DNA from: an uncultured Rhodopirellula sp.
Lineage (GTDB): Bacteria; Planctomycetota; Planctomycetia; Pirellulales; Pirellulaceae
Direction: 5' to 3'
NCBI GenBank assembly: GCA_964007735.1
Contig: CAXGAI010000005.1
Coordinates: 62,001-126,000, forward strand
DNA length: 64,000 bases
Shown: piece after piece, positions 46,670 to 57,176 of the stretch
Layout of the letters: each line of letters starts with the position of its first letter
Position numbering within the stretch: position 1 is the stretch's first letter
Made by a program: the position numbers and the translations under genes
Notes under the pieces: generated by a model
Told to the model about the DNA's origin: nothing
Database searches by the model: none
What the model saw: the letters and a program-made list of their open reading frames with translations, nothing else

Positions 46670-47653
46670 GTGACAACTCCATTGCTTCAGGTGAAAGATC
46701 TCAAGGTTCACTTCAAACCACCTCGGCGCGGATTTGGTAAACCGGCTCCGGTTATCCGCGCTGTTGATGGAATCAGTTTTGATGTTCAGCCAGGGCAAAC
46801 GTTGGGACTCGTTGGTGAGTCCGGTTGTGGTAAGTCGACGACGGCCCGCGCAATTTTGAATTTGACGGGTAATGCTTATCGTGAAGGGATGATTTATCTG
46901 GGGGGGACCAGAATTGATCAACTCAGTGAACGCAGAATGCGACCTCATCGGGCGAACGCGCAAATGGTCTTTCAGGATCCCTTTGCCTCCTTGAATCCTC
47001 GTATGACCGTCGCCAAGATTATTCGCGAACCGATGCGGAATTTCGATGTTGGCAAATTCGATTCGGATGAACGACTTGAAGTAGTACGCCTGATGGAATT
47101 GGTAGGAATTAATCCCCGCTATATGAATCGGTACCCACATGAGTTTTCCGGAGGACAACGCCAGCGGATCGGTATTGCACGGGCTTTAGCTGTGAATCCA
47201 AAGCTGATTGTATGTGATGAAGCTGTAAGTGCTTTGGATGTTTCTATTCAGGCTCAGGTAATTAACCTGCTGATGGACTTGCAGCAGAAACTAGGTGTGG
47301 CTTATGTCTTTATTTCTCATGACTTGGCAGTCGTCCGTCATATCGCTCATCGCGTAGGTGTCATGTATTTAGGTCGCATTGTCGAGCTAGCTGATGCAGA
47401 TGAGCTTTATCGCAGCCCTCGTCATCCTTACACGAAGGCATTGTTGTCAGCGGCTCCTGTACCGGATCCTGAGCAGAACGTCAGTCAAAAACGAGTCAAA
47501 CTGGAAGGGGAGGTTCCTTCGCCCGATATTGAATACGCGGGTTGCCCGTTTGCTGAACGATGTCCCGATGTATTGCCACATTGTCAGGCCGTTCGTCCCC
47601 AGCTTTCAGATGAAGTACATCAGGTGTCCTGTTTGCTATATGAGGATTACTAG
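46670..47653 (+). CDS. oppF: Oligopeptide ABC ATP-binding protein
   Basis: GESGCGKS, FSGGQRQR, DEAVSALD, HPYT. Confidence 0.93.
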   Translation: MTTPLLQVKDLKVHFKPPRRGFGKPAPVIRAVDGISFDVQPGQTLGLVGESGCGKSTTARAILNLTGNAYREGMIYLGGTRIDQLSERRMRPHRANAQMVFQDPFASLNPRMTVAKIIREPMRNFDVGKFDSDERLEVVRLMELVGINPRYMNRYPHEFSGGQRQRIGIARALAVNPKLIVCDEAVSALDVSIQAQVINLLMDLQQKLGVAYVFISHDLAVVRHIAHRVGVMYLGRIVELADADELYRSPRHPYTKALLSAAPVPDPEQNVSQKRVKLEGEVPSPDIEYAGCPFAERCPDVLPHCQAVRPQLSDEVHQVSCLLYEDY

Positions 47654-47657
47654 TCCG

Positions 47658-48113
47658 ATGAACAGGGCGGAAAAGTTATTTAGCGCGCCAGCGAAAATGA
47701 TCTGGCTTGTCGTTTACCTTGGTATGATTTCGGTCATCGTGGTGAATATGAACAGGGCCCGAGACAGAGTTATGCATGCTTCCGACCAGGTTCGCCAGAA
47801 GGATCAACAGGACTGGGAGGATTGGGTTAATAAGTCTAATGAGCATCAGGATAATCAGCAGCCTGTCGAACGGAAGGAAATCGATCTCACACGAAGGCCG
47901 GTTAGCAATGCGACAACGCTCCTTACACAGTATTACGGAGTGTGTTTGACAGCCTTGATCCTGTTCTCGACATTGATTTTTTTCGTAGTGATGTATATGG
48001 TTCACGGAGTGTCGGGAAGTGCGTCTTCAGGACCGATCTCTTTAGAACAGGAATTAGCCGCCGAAGCTTCAGCCTTGGCAGGTCAACTAAAACAGTCATC
48101 TCAAGACGAGTAG
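47658..48113 (+). CDS. Hypothetical two-TM membrane protein
   Basis: ATG just after the oppF stop; two hydrophobic segments. Confidence 0.65.
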   Translation: MNRAEKLFSAPAKMIWLVVYLGMISVIVVNMNRARDRVMHASDQVRQKDQQDWEDWVNKSNEHQDNQQPVERKEIDLTRRPVSNATTLLTQYYGVCLTALILFSTLIFFVVMYMVHGVSGSASSGPISLEQELAAEASALAGQLKQSSQDE

Positions 48114-48117
48114 CCTC

Positions 48118-48615
48118 ATGCCTGCGAAAAGATCGAAAGATAAATCACGTACTCGCGCCCAGGTTGGGGCTGGCTCATCGGCAGGGTCCACCTCGGCACT
48201 ATCTCAGCGTCCGGAATTTACAGCCGTTTGCTGGCAACCCCGTTTACAACCTGTTTTATTCACCGGGGTTTCTCTGGTTTACGTTGCAGTGATCTTTGGA
48301 GTGTACTGGTTCAGCCGGGATTGGCTCATGACGGCCGTTTCGTTGATCGCCCTGATGTTAGTTTCTTGGCGTCTGTGGGCTCCCATTCGGTTTTATATTG
48401 GACCGACTGGGATCATTCAGGCAGTGTTGGGGCAACAACGCCAGTTGGGCTGGGGGTACGTCCAGCAGGTCCTACCACATCGCCGCGGCGTTCAGGTGAT
48501 TTACCAGACCACCGGAGATCAGTACAGTTTGCGGAAGACAATTGTGATTTCAGTTCCCTATGTGCAACAGGAAGCGTTGAAGTCGACATTTGAATACTAT
48601 TTGCACAATAGATAA
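48118..48615 (+). CDS. Hypothetical membrane protein (two TM plus small beta domain)
   Basis: Tightly packed ORF with two hydrophobic segments. Confidence 0.6.
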   Translation: MPAKRSKDKSRTRAQVGAGSSAGSTSALSQRPEFTAVCWQPRLQPVLFTGVSLVYVAVIFGVYWFSRDWLMTAVSLIALMLVSWRLWAPIRFYIGPTGIIQAVLGQQRQLGWGYVQQVLPHRRGVQVIYQTTGDQYSLRKTIVISVPYVQQEALKSTFEYYLHNR

Positions 48616-48669
48616 ACCTTAGCATGCCTTTGAAATGGCATCATTGAAACAGCGTTAGGTAAACAGCAT

Positions 48670-49287
48670 ATGTCTGAGCATGTTTTAGTATTAGGCACTC
48701 ATAATCACAAGAAACGACTGGAGTTAGAGCAGCTATTGGCTTCATTGGGATTACAGCTAAAGACCCTTGCTGATTTTGAAGATGCTATAGAAGTGGATGA
48801 GACTGGCACTACCTTTGCTGAAAATGCCGCCCTGAAAGCCAGTGAGCAGGCCAGAAATCTGGGGATGTGGGTTATGGGCGAAGATAGTGGTATTTCTGTA
48901 GTTGCCTTGGACAATCAACCAGGTGTGTACTCCGCTCGCTATAGTGCCCCAGACGCCACCGACGAACGAAATAATGAAAAAGTACTAGCTGAATTGGGGA
49001 ATACTCCTCGAGAAAAGCGGACTGCATTTTATACGTGTCACATGGCTATTTCGGATCCAAGTGGTGAAATCCGAGCGACTGCCGAAGATTATTGTTATGG
49101 TCGAATGCGATTTGAGCCCTCTGGCGAAAATGGTTTTGGTTACGATCCGTTATTTGAAATTCCCGAATACCATAAGACATTTGGCGAGTTAGGCCCCAGT
49201 ATCAAGCGAGTTCTGAGTCACCGAAGCCGCGCCATGCGAAAGATACGCTCAAAAATTAAGGACTTAATGGCCAGCGGCGGTCTTTAA
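48670..49287 (+). CDS. rdgB: Non-canonical purine NTP pyrophosphatase (Ham1/RdgB)
   Basis: T.N..K..E, ETGTTFAENA, EDSG, PGVYSARY, GFGYDPLF, SHR. Confidence 0.94.
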   Translation: MSEHVLVLGTHNHKKRLELEQLLASLGLQLKTLADFEDAIEVDETGTTFAENAALKASEQARNLGMWVMGEDSGISVVALDNQPGVYSARYSAPDATDERNNEKVLAELGNTPREKRTAFYTCHMAISDPSGEIRATAEDYCYGRMRFEPSGENGFGYDPLFEIPEYHKTFGELGPSIKRVLSHRSRAMRKIRSKIKDLMASGGL

Positions 49288-49396
49288 CTCAACCGGCTTC
49301 TCAGTGGATCATGAAAGTGAATCGGCCTATCGTCAGTTACTCCCAATTTGCTATTCTTCCACCCTCAAACAAACTCCTTTTCGTATGGGTGAGAAG

Positions 49397-50506
49397 ATGA
49401 AAAGCTACAGAGAATTCGGGATTTCATTAGCGATGGTCACAGGGCTATTACTGACGACATCGACTCTTTGCGCGGAAAACCCTTTTGACTATCTGTTCTT
49501 TCCATTTCAAAAGGTGGATGCTGATCCAGAAAAACGCTATGCAGTGACTCAGGATCAGGGCCCTTGGATGGTCATGGCCACTTCATTTCGAGGACCGGGC
49601 GCGGAGAAGCAAGCGCACAACCTGATTATCGAATTACGAAAAGAGTTTAAATTGGAAGCATTCATGCACCGTAGGTCCTATGATTTCTCGAATAAAGTCG
49701 AGGGACGAGGTATTGATAAGTACGGTAAGCCTAAGCAAATGGTTTATAGCCGTAATGTCCAGTTTGATGAAATTGCAGTGTTGGTGGGTAACTTTGAGTC
49801 GCTGCAATCTGATGACGCTCAGGAATTGCTGAAAAAGATTAAGACGATGCACCCACGTACATTAGGTCCTGAGCCCAATGCAGGTACAACTCAGGTTTAT
49901 GCAGGCCTGCGATCGTTGCAGCGTAAACTTAATTTAAGTGCTGACAAAAAGGGCCCTATGGGGCGAGCCTTTATCATTCGCAATCCTAATCTGCCAGCGG
50001 AATACTTTACTCAAAAATCGGTGGAACCATTTGTTGAGCGTCTTAACAGCGGGGTTGCGCACAGTCTGTTAAAGAATCCGGGAAAATATTCCGTGCAGGT
50101 TGCCACCTTCCGTGGCAAAGTCGTCTACGACATCGAAAAAGATTATGATGCAGATGCTGCTGTTTCGAATAGCCTTGTGAAGGCAGCTGAGGATGCTCAT
50201 AAATTGGTGACGGCTCTACGCAAACAGGGCATCGAAGCTTATGAGTATCATGATCGACACGAAAGTGTCGTATGCGTTGGCAGCTTTCAATCCCTTGGGA
50301 TGCGTCAGATTGATGGGAAAATTAATCTCGAGCCCCGCGTGGCAGCCGTGATGAAAGCATATGGTGCACAACGTGTGCAAATTCCAAACTCGACCCAGTT
50401 TGGCTTGCGACCTAAAACCCTTGGTGGAATCCAATTTGATATTCAGCCCCGTCCCATCCATGTGCCTAAGAAATCGATTGGTTCGAGTTATCTGTCACGC
50501 TTCTAA
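49397..50506 (+). CDS. Secreted protein with two SPOR-like modules
   Basis: Signal peptide; duplicated W/Y.V...(S/T)FRG...AH.L...LRK...EA(F/Y)...V.VG.F. Confidence 0.7.
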   Translation: MKSYREFGISLAMVTGLLLTTSTLCAENPFDYLFFPFQKVDADPEKRYAVTQDQGPWMVMATSFRGPGAEKQAHNLIIELRKEFKLEAFMHRRSYDFSNKVEGRGIDKYGKPKQMVYSRNVQFDEIAVLVGNFESLQSDDAQELLKKIKTMHPRTLGPEPNAGTTQVYAGLRSLQRKLNLSADKKGPMGRAFIIRNPNLPAEYFTQKSVEPFVERLNSGVAHSLLKNPGKYSVQVATFRGKVVYDIEKDYDADAAVSNSLVKAAEDAHKLVTALRKQGIEAYEYHDRHESVVCVGSFQSLGMRQIDGKINLEPRVAAVMKAYGAQRVQIPNSTQFGLRPKTLGGIQFDIQPRPIHVPKKSIGSSYLSRF

Positions 50507-50516
50507 GCCTAAGTGC

Positions 50517-51797
50517 TTACTCGACAAGACTTGCAATAATACGATCGTCTTCGACTCGCTGAGCAATCACTTTAACGAGTGAGCCGATGAGAGACGCGTT
50601 GCCCTGGAACTGAATCGGGGCGTAGCGACAGGCTGTGCCTACAAGCTGGTCGGCAGCATCTTTTTTCTGAGCTTCAACGAGCACTTCGAGCTCATAACCT
50701 AGCAGACTCGTAAAGTAATTATGGCGAAGTTCTCTTTCCACTTCGGCTAATTCCCGGCCACGTTGTTTCTTTAGTTGTTTGGGTAACTGATTATCCATGT
50801 CAGCTGCTGGTGTCCCTCGACGCGCCGAATAGGGGAACATATGGATTTTTGAGAATCCGATCTCACGGACGGTTTCAAGTGTTTCAGAAAATTCTTCGTC
50901 GGTTTCACCGGGAAAACCGACAATAATATCCGTAGTAAAGGATGGGTTGTTCAGAGCGTGACGAATCAGGTTGCAACGATTGATGAACGTTTTCTTGCTC
51001 CATCGGCGACGCATGCGACGCAGCACAGAGTCTGAGCCGCTTTGCAGACAGATATGTAAGTGTGGAGCAATCTTCTCTGGAAATTCGGCCATAACCGCTA
51101 TCAGTTCTTTCGTGACTTCAGTCGCTTCAATACTGGAGATGCGAATTCTAAAGTCGCCGGGGCGGCTTGCTATGTCTCGAACTAGGTCAGCCAAACGAAC
51201 CCACTCTTCACGAGGCTTGTTCATGTTCCAATCCACACCATAATGCCCAATGTGAATCCCGGTGAGTACAAGCTCTTTGTAACCGTTGGCTACCAAACGA
51301 TCGACTTCATCCAAAATGTGTTGTAATGGCCGACTTGTGAGTTCCGGACGAACATGCGGGATGATGCAGTAACTACATCTCAACAAGCAACCGTCCTGAA
51401 CTTTGACATAGGCTCGATGCCGGTTTCCGAATCCGGAGATGCCTGTGGGGATATCTACAACACCGAAGCGGCCTAGCATATCAGGAAGTTCTCGTTTGTC
51501 GGTGACGACCTCAGCAACGTTGGGTAATGCCTGGACTTCTTCAGGGGCACGGGTGGCGTAACACCCCATGACGACAATGCGGGAGTCGGGATTTTCACGT
51601 GCTAGCTGACGAATGGCTTTTCGACTTTTAGAATCCCCTTCATTGGTGACGGTGCATGTGTTCACAATGCAAAGGTCGGCAGCTTCGCCCTGTTGCGCAT
51701 CGGTATACCCGATTTTAGACAGGCCTTCTCGAAGGAATTCGGTTTCGTACTGATTGACTTTACAGCCAAGCGTAACGGTTTTCAGTTTTGCGGACAT
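50517..51797 (-). CDS. mtaB: tRNA t6A37 methylthiotransferase
   Basis: TLGCKVNQYE, NTCTVT, radical SAM VKVQDGCLLRCSYC, H.FPYS.R.GT. Confidence 0.93.
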   Translation of the reverse strand: MSAKLKTVTLGCKVNQYETEFLREGLSKIGYTDAQQGEAADLCIVNTCTVTNEGDSKSRKAIRQLARENPDSRIVVMGCYATRAPEEVQALPNVAEVVTDKRELPDMLGRFGVVDIPTGISGFGNRHRAYVKVQDGCLLRCSYCIIPHVRPELTSRPLQHILDEVDRLVANGYKELVLTGIHIGHYGVDWNMNKPREEWVRLADLVRDIASRPGDFRIRISSIEATEVTKELIAVMAEFPEKIAPHLHICLQSGSDSVLRRMRRRWSKKTFINRCNLIRHALNNPSFTTDIIVGFPGETDEEFSETLETVREIGFSKIHMFPYSARRGTPAADMDNQLPKQLKKQRGRELAEVERELRHNYFTSLLGYELEVLVEAQKKDAADQLVGTACRYAPIQFQGNASLIGSLVKVIAQRVEDDRIIASLVE

Positions 51798-51815
51798 GAG
51801 AATCTATAAAAGGAC

Positions 51816-52136
51816 TTAATCGACCGGCTCAATCGTAGCGTACATTGAACCTTGGCAATTGGCAATGAGTTCATCCTTGCCATAGGCATGTATCTGGTCT
51901 CGTTTAAATTCGGCATGTTCCAGTGTGGTAGTTAAACAAATTGCTCTGCCATTGTTGTCCACTTTGGTTGCCAGCTTAAATCCCTGATCAATATTAAAGC
52001 CAAACAGCTCCTTCAGCATGTGAATTACATACTCATAGGTGTGATCTTCGTCGTTCCAGAGAACGACGTTATACCGAGGTTGTTGTTGGGGCCTGTTGTC
52101 TGTTTCGATAACAGGCTGAGCAGCTTCCTGACCCAT
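51816..52136 (-). CDS. clpS: ATP-dependent Clp protease adaptor
   Basis: YNVVLWNDEDHTYEYV...L..LF; G.A.C; final IEP. Confidence 0.9.
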   Translation of the reverse strand: MGQEAAQPVIETDNRPQQQPRYNVVLWNDEDHTYEYVIHMLKELFGFNIDQGFKLATKVDNNGRAICLTTTLEHAEFKRDQIHAYGKDELIANCQGSMYATIEPVD

Positions 52137-52316
52137 CCTTTGGGCTCCGCAGAGTAACCGTCTTCTTCGTTAATCACAATGGCCGATTGGCTCAGGAGCC
52201 ATTATATTGTACGTCTTACCGCTGACCAAAGACTTTTTAGTTGTTCGCTGTAGAGAAGATGACTCTAGGTTACAGTGAATGCACAAATGAATTCATCAAT
52301 ACTGGGAATGACAATT

Positions 52317-53690
52317 ATGGACAACATCGAAGCGTATTTAGATGCGAATCGTCTGAGGAATCAGGACGATCTGTTTGAGCTTCTACGTATGGCAAGTGTG
52401 AGCACTGACAGTCAATATCAAGCGGACGTCCAGAGGGCAGGCCAATGGGTCGCAGATCAATTTCGTAGTCTGGGATTTATGACGGAGATAGTGGAGACCA
52501 AAGGGCATCCAATTGTTTATGCTGAGACCCCTCCGGTTCAAGGGGCGCCGATTGTCCTGGTCTATGGGCATTATGATGTCCAACCTCCGGATCCGCTGGA
52601 TGAGTGGGTCACGCCACCTTTTGAACCAACGATTCGGGATGGGAATGTGTATGCACGTGGAGCGACTGATGACAAAGGGCAAATGCTCACGCATATCAAA
52701 AGTGCTCAGGCATGGATGGAAACCGAGGGTTCTCTGCCTCTTCAAATCAAATATGTGATTGAAGGTGAAGAGGAGTGTGGCAGCTCGAATCTGGACCCAT
52801 TTCTTCAGCAATACAAAGATCGGCTCGAAGCAGACATTGCTGTAATTAGTGATACCAGCCAGTTTGCCAAAGGGCAGCCTGCAATTACTTATGGATTGAA
52901 AGGAATTGTCTATTTTGAACTGTACCTCGAAGGACCAAAACAGGATCTGCACAGTGGTACCTTTGGAGGGGCTGTTTCTAATCCGGTAAATGCGTTGACA
53001 CAAATGTTGGGCAAGCTGGTTGACAAAAATGGTCGTATTCAGATCCCCGGATTCTATGAAGATGTGGTGGAGTTAGAGCAGCGTGAAAGAGAACAGTTTG
53101 CCGCCCTTCCATTCTCGGAAGATGAATTTAAATCTAAGTTGGGAATTGAAGACGTCCATGGTGAGCAAGGATATACGACTTTGGAACGGCGTTGGGCGCG
53201 CCCGACCTGTGACCTCAACGGTATTTGGGGTGGTTATCAGGGGGAAGGTGCAAAGACCGTGTTACCAGCTCGAGCAGGAGCGAAATTCAGTTGCCGCCTC
53301 GTCCCAAATCAAGATCCCGATAAAGTGCGTGATAGCATACAGAAAATGCTGGAGGAATTGTTGCCGCCGGGATTGAAGATGGAAGTGATACATCATCACG
53401 GAGCTCCGGGGGTTGTTGTTTCACTTGATAGTCCGTATATGTCGGCAGCCGCCGAGGCTATTGGAAAGGGATTCGGAACAAAACCTGTATTTATTCGAGA
53501 AGGCGGCTCAATTCCGGTAGTAACCGCCTTTCGTGAACTGCTTGGAATAGATACGTTACTGTTAGGTTGGGGACTTGATGATGACAACACCCATGGCCCC
53601 AATGAAAAGTTCTCGTTGGATGATTATTATCGAGGAACCAAGGCCAGTGCTCATCTCTGGCAGGAAATAAGCAAGATTATACGGGGTTAG
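52317..53690 (+). CDS. M20 family dipeptidase (ArgE/DapE/Acy1-like)
   Basis: YGHYDVQP, ARGATDDKGQ, EGEEE, DLHSG, GGSIP, HGPNE. Confidence 0.9.
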   Translation: MDNIEAYLDANRLRNQDDLFELLRMASVSTDSQYQADVQRAGQWVADQFRSLGFMTEIVETKGHPIVYAETPPVQGAPIVLVYGHYDVQPPDPLDEWVTPPFEPTIRDGNVYARGATDDKGQMLTHIKSAQAWMETEGSLPLQIKYVIEGEEECGSSNLDPFLQQYKDRLEADIAVISDTSQFAKGQPAITYGLKGIVYFELYLEGPKQDLHSGTFGGAVSNPVNALTQMLGKLVDKNGRIQIPGFYEDVVELEQREREQFAALPFSEDEFKSKLGIEDVHGEQGYTTLERRWARPTCDLNGIWGGYQGEGAKTVLPARAGAKFSCRLVPNQDPDKVRDSIQKMLEELLPPGLKMEVIHHHGAPGVVVSLDSPYMSAAAEAIGKGFGTKPVFIREGGSIPVVTAFRELLGIDTLLLGWGLDDDNTHGPNEKFSLDDYYRGTKASAHLWQEISKIIRG

Positions 53691-53696
53691 ACAACG

Positions 53697-54977
53697 ATGC
53701 TGGATCGTAAATTTATTGTGGAAAATGCAGAAGCTGTCGCAAAGAACTGCGAATTGCGGGGCGTCACTGCAGACGTTGCTCGTCTGGTCGCGCTGGAAGG
53801 TCAAAGACGCGAGTTGCTGCAACAGGCGGAAGAATTAAATCGACGCGCTAATGAAGTTTCCAAGTCTATCGGACAAGCTGGTTCTGATGAAGAGCGTGAA
53901 GAACGCAAGGCCGAGGGTCGTGCACTTCGAGAACAGAAAGATGCGGCTCAAAAACAGCATGACGAAGTGGCAGGTGAAATCACCGAAATTCAATCCGGTA
54001 TTCCTAACATGACTCATCCAGCTGCGCCGGTAGGTGAAGATGATAAATCCAATCTCGAAGTTAGTCGTGGAAAGCACCAACCACCAACGTTCGACTTCAA
54101 AGTGCTGGATCATGTCGAGTTGGCAGAAAAGCATGACCTGATTGACTTTGAAGCCGGAGCGAGAATTGCCGGAGCAGGATTTTATTTCCTGAAGAACGAG
54201 GCTGTGTTGCTGGAGCTTGCTCTGCAGCAATATGCGGTGAATCACCTGATCCAAAACGGATTTACTCCGGTCATTACTCCGGATTTGGCCTACAGTGAAA
54301 TTCTTCACGGAACAGGCTATATTCCACGGGGACCGGAAACACAGATTTACAGTATCGAAAACTCCAATCTCAATTTGGTCGCGACGGCTGAAATTCCACT
54401 GGGTGGTATGATGGCGGGCGAAACACTTGACTCAGAAGAGCTGCCCTTGAAGATTTGTGGTATCAGTCACTGTTTCCGTACGGAAGCTGGGGCTGCCGGT
54501 CGGGCAACTCGGGGACTGTATCGGGTTCACCAGTTCACCAAAGTAGAAATGTTTGCGTTTACATTACCAGCACAAAGCGAAGAAATGCTGGAGCAATTTA
54601 GGCAAATCGAATGTGAATTGTTTGATAGTTTGGGAATTCCATATCGTGTCGTCGATACTGCGACTGGCGATCTCGGCGGACCGGCTTATCGTAAATACGA
54701 TCTTGAAGCATGGATGCCAGGGCGGGGTGAGCATGGAGCGTGGGGCGAAGTAACCAGCACTTCGAATTGTACGGACTATCAGGCACGTCGTTTGAACGCT
54801 CGTTATAAAGTGAAAGGCGAGAAGGGTACCAAGTTTCTCCATACGCTTAATGGAACGGCGATAGCCATCAGTCGAGCAATTATTGCCGTGATGGAAAATA
54901 ATCAGCAGGAAGATGGATCGATTGTCGTGCCGGACGTTCTTCGCCCTTACGTCGGTAAAGACGTGATCGGAGGCTAA
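53697..54977 (+). CDS. serS: Serine--tRNA ligase
   Basis: MLD N-terminus, coiled arm, ATAE, FRTEAG..GLYRVHQF.KVE, SNCTDYQARR, HTLNGT. Confidence 0.97.
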   Translation: MLDRKFIVENAEAVAKNCELRGVTADVARLVALEGQRRELLQQAEELNRRANEVSKSIGQAGSDEEREERKAEGRALREQKDAAQKQHDEVAGEITEIQSGIPNMTHPAAPVGEDDKSNLEVSRGKHQPPTFDFKVLDHVELAEKHDLIDFEAGARIAGAGFYFLKNEAVLLELALQQYAVNHLIQNGFTPVITPDLAYSEILHGTGYIPRGPETQIYSIENSNLNLVATAEIPLGGMMAGETLDSEELPLKICGISHCFRTEAGAAGRATRGLYRVHQFTKVEMFAFTLPAQSEEMLEQFRQIECELFDSLGIPYRVVDTATGDLGGPAYRKYDLEAWMPGRGEHGAWGEVTSTSNCTDYQARRLNARYKVKGEKGTKFLHTLNGTAIAISRAIIAVMENNQQEDGSIVVPDVLRPYVGKDVIGG

Positions 54978-55021
54978 GGCCTTCAACTCTCGCAGCGTCT
55001 CTAATGAAAGTATGGTTGAGG

Positions 55022-56365
55022 TTATACGTCAAGCGCTTTTTTACAGAGTGCCTGAGATGCGGAAAACGATCGGGTTTCTGCGATCGCTCTTAGGATCGGC
55101 TCGGTGTTACTCGCACGTACAAGTAACCAATCTCCGTTAGGCCAGCGTAGCTTAAGACCATCCGTATAATCCGCATCGGCTTCCGGGAAACGTTCTACTA
55201 ACTTCTTGAAAACCACCATAGCCTCCGTACCGTCTAATGGAGCCTTATCCTTGTAGATAGCATAAGTAGGTATGTCGGCCGCGATTGCTTTAATCGGGCG
55301 TTTTTCACGAGCCATGAGTGCTAGAACCCGTACGATACCAACAAAGCTGTCACGAATCAGCCCAACACGCGGATCGATCGGCCCCCCATTTCCTTCGCCC
55401 CCGAACCCTGCATTTTGCGTCAGCATCACATCGACAACGTTAGCTTCGCCCACAGCCGACTCATGACAGGTTTGGCCTACGGCATGGGCCAGATCATAAG
55501 CCATGCGGCTCGTGGCACAATTGATGACGACGTCGCCCGGCTCTTCCACCAATAGTTGTTTCATACAAAGTGCAAGGGTGTACTCTTCGCCAAGATAGTT
55601 ACCCTCGGAGTCAATCAGAGCAAGGCGGTCAGCATCCGGATCCTGACAAAGACCAATATCGCATTGATGAGCAACCACTTGTTGTCCGACAGCTTGTAGG
55701 TTTTTTGCCGTTGGTTCCGCAGGATGTGCAAATTGTCCGTTTGGCTCATGTCCCAAAACGACAAGCTCACACCCCAACGCTTCCAATAGTGGAACGCCTA
55801 ACACCGATCCCGCACCATGATTACAGTCTAAGAGCACTCTAAATTTACATCGTTGGATTCGGCTAACTTCGGTTAACGCCAGTAGTTTCCTTAAGTGCGT
55901 TTTGTTTGTATCCGTAAGTTCGGTTATCGAGCCCTCTGAGCCAGTCACTGGTGTCTGCAACTGTTGGTAAAATTCCAAAAGTTGGGCACCTTTTTCTGCA
56001 TTGAGAATCCGACCATCCGGACCATAGAGTTTCAGCCCATTGTACTGTGGGGGGTTGTGGCTAGCCGTTACCTGAACGGCTCCAGCGGCCTGATTCTCCA
56101 GAATTTGTACACCGACGGTTGGGGTTGCCATGATGTCTGCGTAGAGGACATCTCGTCCATATTTTGTGAGTATCTGTTGAACCCATTGGCAGATCATTTC
56201 ACCGGAGGCACGACCGTCACGGCTCAGAATAATCGGACCGGAATGATCGTTTTGTGCTAATTGGAATGCATAGGCCGAGATATATTGCTCGATAAGCTCC
56301 TGCGTCAGCGAATCGCCGATAATTGCTCGCAATCCGCTAACACTGATGATCGGTTTCGAAGGCAT
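55022..56365 (-). CDS. Alpha-D-phosphohexomutase (phosphoglucosamine/phosphomannomutase)
   Basis: TASHNP phosphoserine loop, DPDADR metal loop, GEGNGG, R.SNTEP. Confidence 0.9.
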   Translation of the reverse strand: MPSKPIISVSGLRAIIGDSLTQELIEQYISAYAFQLAQNDHSGPIILSRDGRASGEMICQWVQQILTKYGRDVLYADIMATPTVGVQILENQAAGAVQVTASHNPPQYNGLKLYGPDGRILNAEKGAQLLEFYQQLQTPVTGSEGSITELTDTNKTHLRKLLALTEVSRIQRCKFRVLLDCNHGAGSVLGVPLLEALGCELVVLGHEPNGQFAHPAEPTAKNLQAVGQQVVAHQCDIGLCQDPDADRLALIDSEGNYLGEEYTLALCMKQLLVEEPGDVVINCATSRMAYDLAHAVGQTCHESAVGEANVVDVMLTQNAGFGGEGNGGPIDPRVGLIRDSFVGIVRVLALMAREKRPIKAIAADIPTYAIYKDKAPLDGTEAMVVFKKLVERFPEADADYTDGLKLRWPNGDWLLVRASNTEPILRAIAETRSFSASQALCKKALDV

Positions 56366-56591
56366 GGCATTTTAACAGAGTCTTTTTAGGGTACTGATAA
56401 GCGGAATGATTAGTCGTGCGGCAATCATAGTCGTATTTTAGGGAGTTTGAAATAGGTATATTAAATGATATTCGGTTGTCATTAGAATTCATCCACCATG
56501 AATGCCGGATGATAGGTTACAACCTAGGGGAGGATCATAGACAGGTGTTCCGACCATTGGGTTTTTAATATCAACAACGAGTGAATCTGAA

Positions 56592-57176
56592 ATGAAATCT
56601 TTGAAATGGCTGGGGGCACGCATACTGTTTCCCAGTACGTTGGCCTGGAATGTTTTACTAGGACGAATTCTCAAAATTCGTAACTGGTGGGACTTCATCG
56701 ATGAACACGTGATTGTTGGTGCATTCCCTTTCCCGTTCGACGTTAATAATATGGCAGCGGATGGCGTACGCGCCGTTGTGAACACCTGTAATGAATATGG
56801 CGGGCCAGTTTCTCAGTATGAGAAACATTCGATTGAGCAATTGCATATTCCGACGATCGACTTTACTCCTCCTTCACTTGCAGATGTAAAGAAAGGTGTC
56901 GAGTTTGTAACACAGCATGTGGAACAGGGGAACACGGTCTATATTCACTGCAAAGCTGGGCGAGGACGTAGTGCCACGGTTGCCATCTGTTGGTTAATGT
57001 CTGCTAAAGCGATGGATCCGTGGCAAGCCCAACAGTACTTGCTTGATCATCGTTCGCACGTTCATAGTACGCTTCCGGAAAGAGAAGTCGTGAAGCAATT
57101 TTGGGCCGAACTGCAGGAATCTCAGAGTAAAGCTGTGACAGATGATGCTCAAGACCAGACAACCGTAGCCGACTAG
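56592..57176 (+). CDS. PTPMT1-like dual-specificity phosphatase (probable phosphatidylglycerophosphatase)
   Basis: HCKAGRGRS active site; N-terminal ARILFPSTL; N.CNEY; PTIDF. Confidence 0.85.
   Translation: MKSLKWLGARILFPSTLAWNVLLGRILKIRNWWDFIDEHVIVGAFPFPFDVNNMAADGVRAVVNTCNEYGGPVSQYEKHSIEQLHIPTIDFTPPSLADVKKGVEFVTQHVEQGNTVYIHCKAGRGRSATVAICWLMSAKAMDPWQAQQYLLDHRSHVHSTLPEREVVKQFWAELQESQSKAVTDDAQDQTTVAD

Noticed and set aside
46442..47158. 238-aa minus-strand ORF and similar shadows over ppdK, serS and the M20 gene
   Set aside because: Antisense to well-conserved genes
47394..47657. N-terminal extension of the 47394-48113 ORF
   Set aside because: Overlaps oppF; ATG 47658 is the more plausible start
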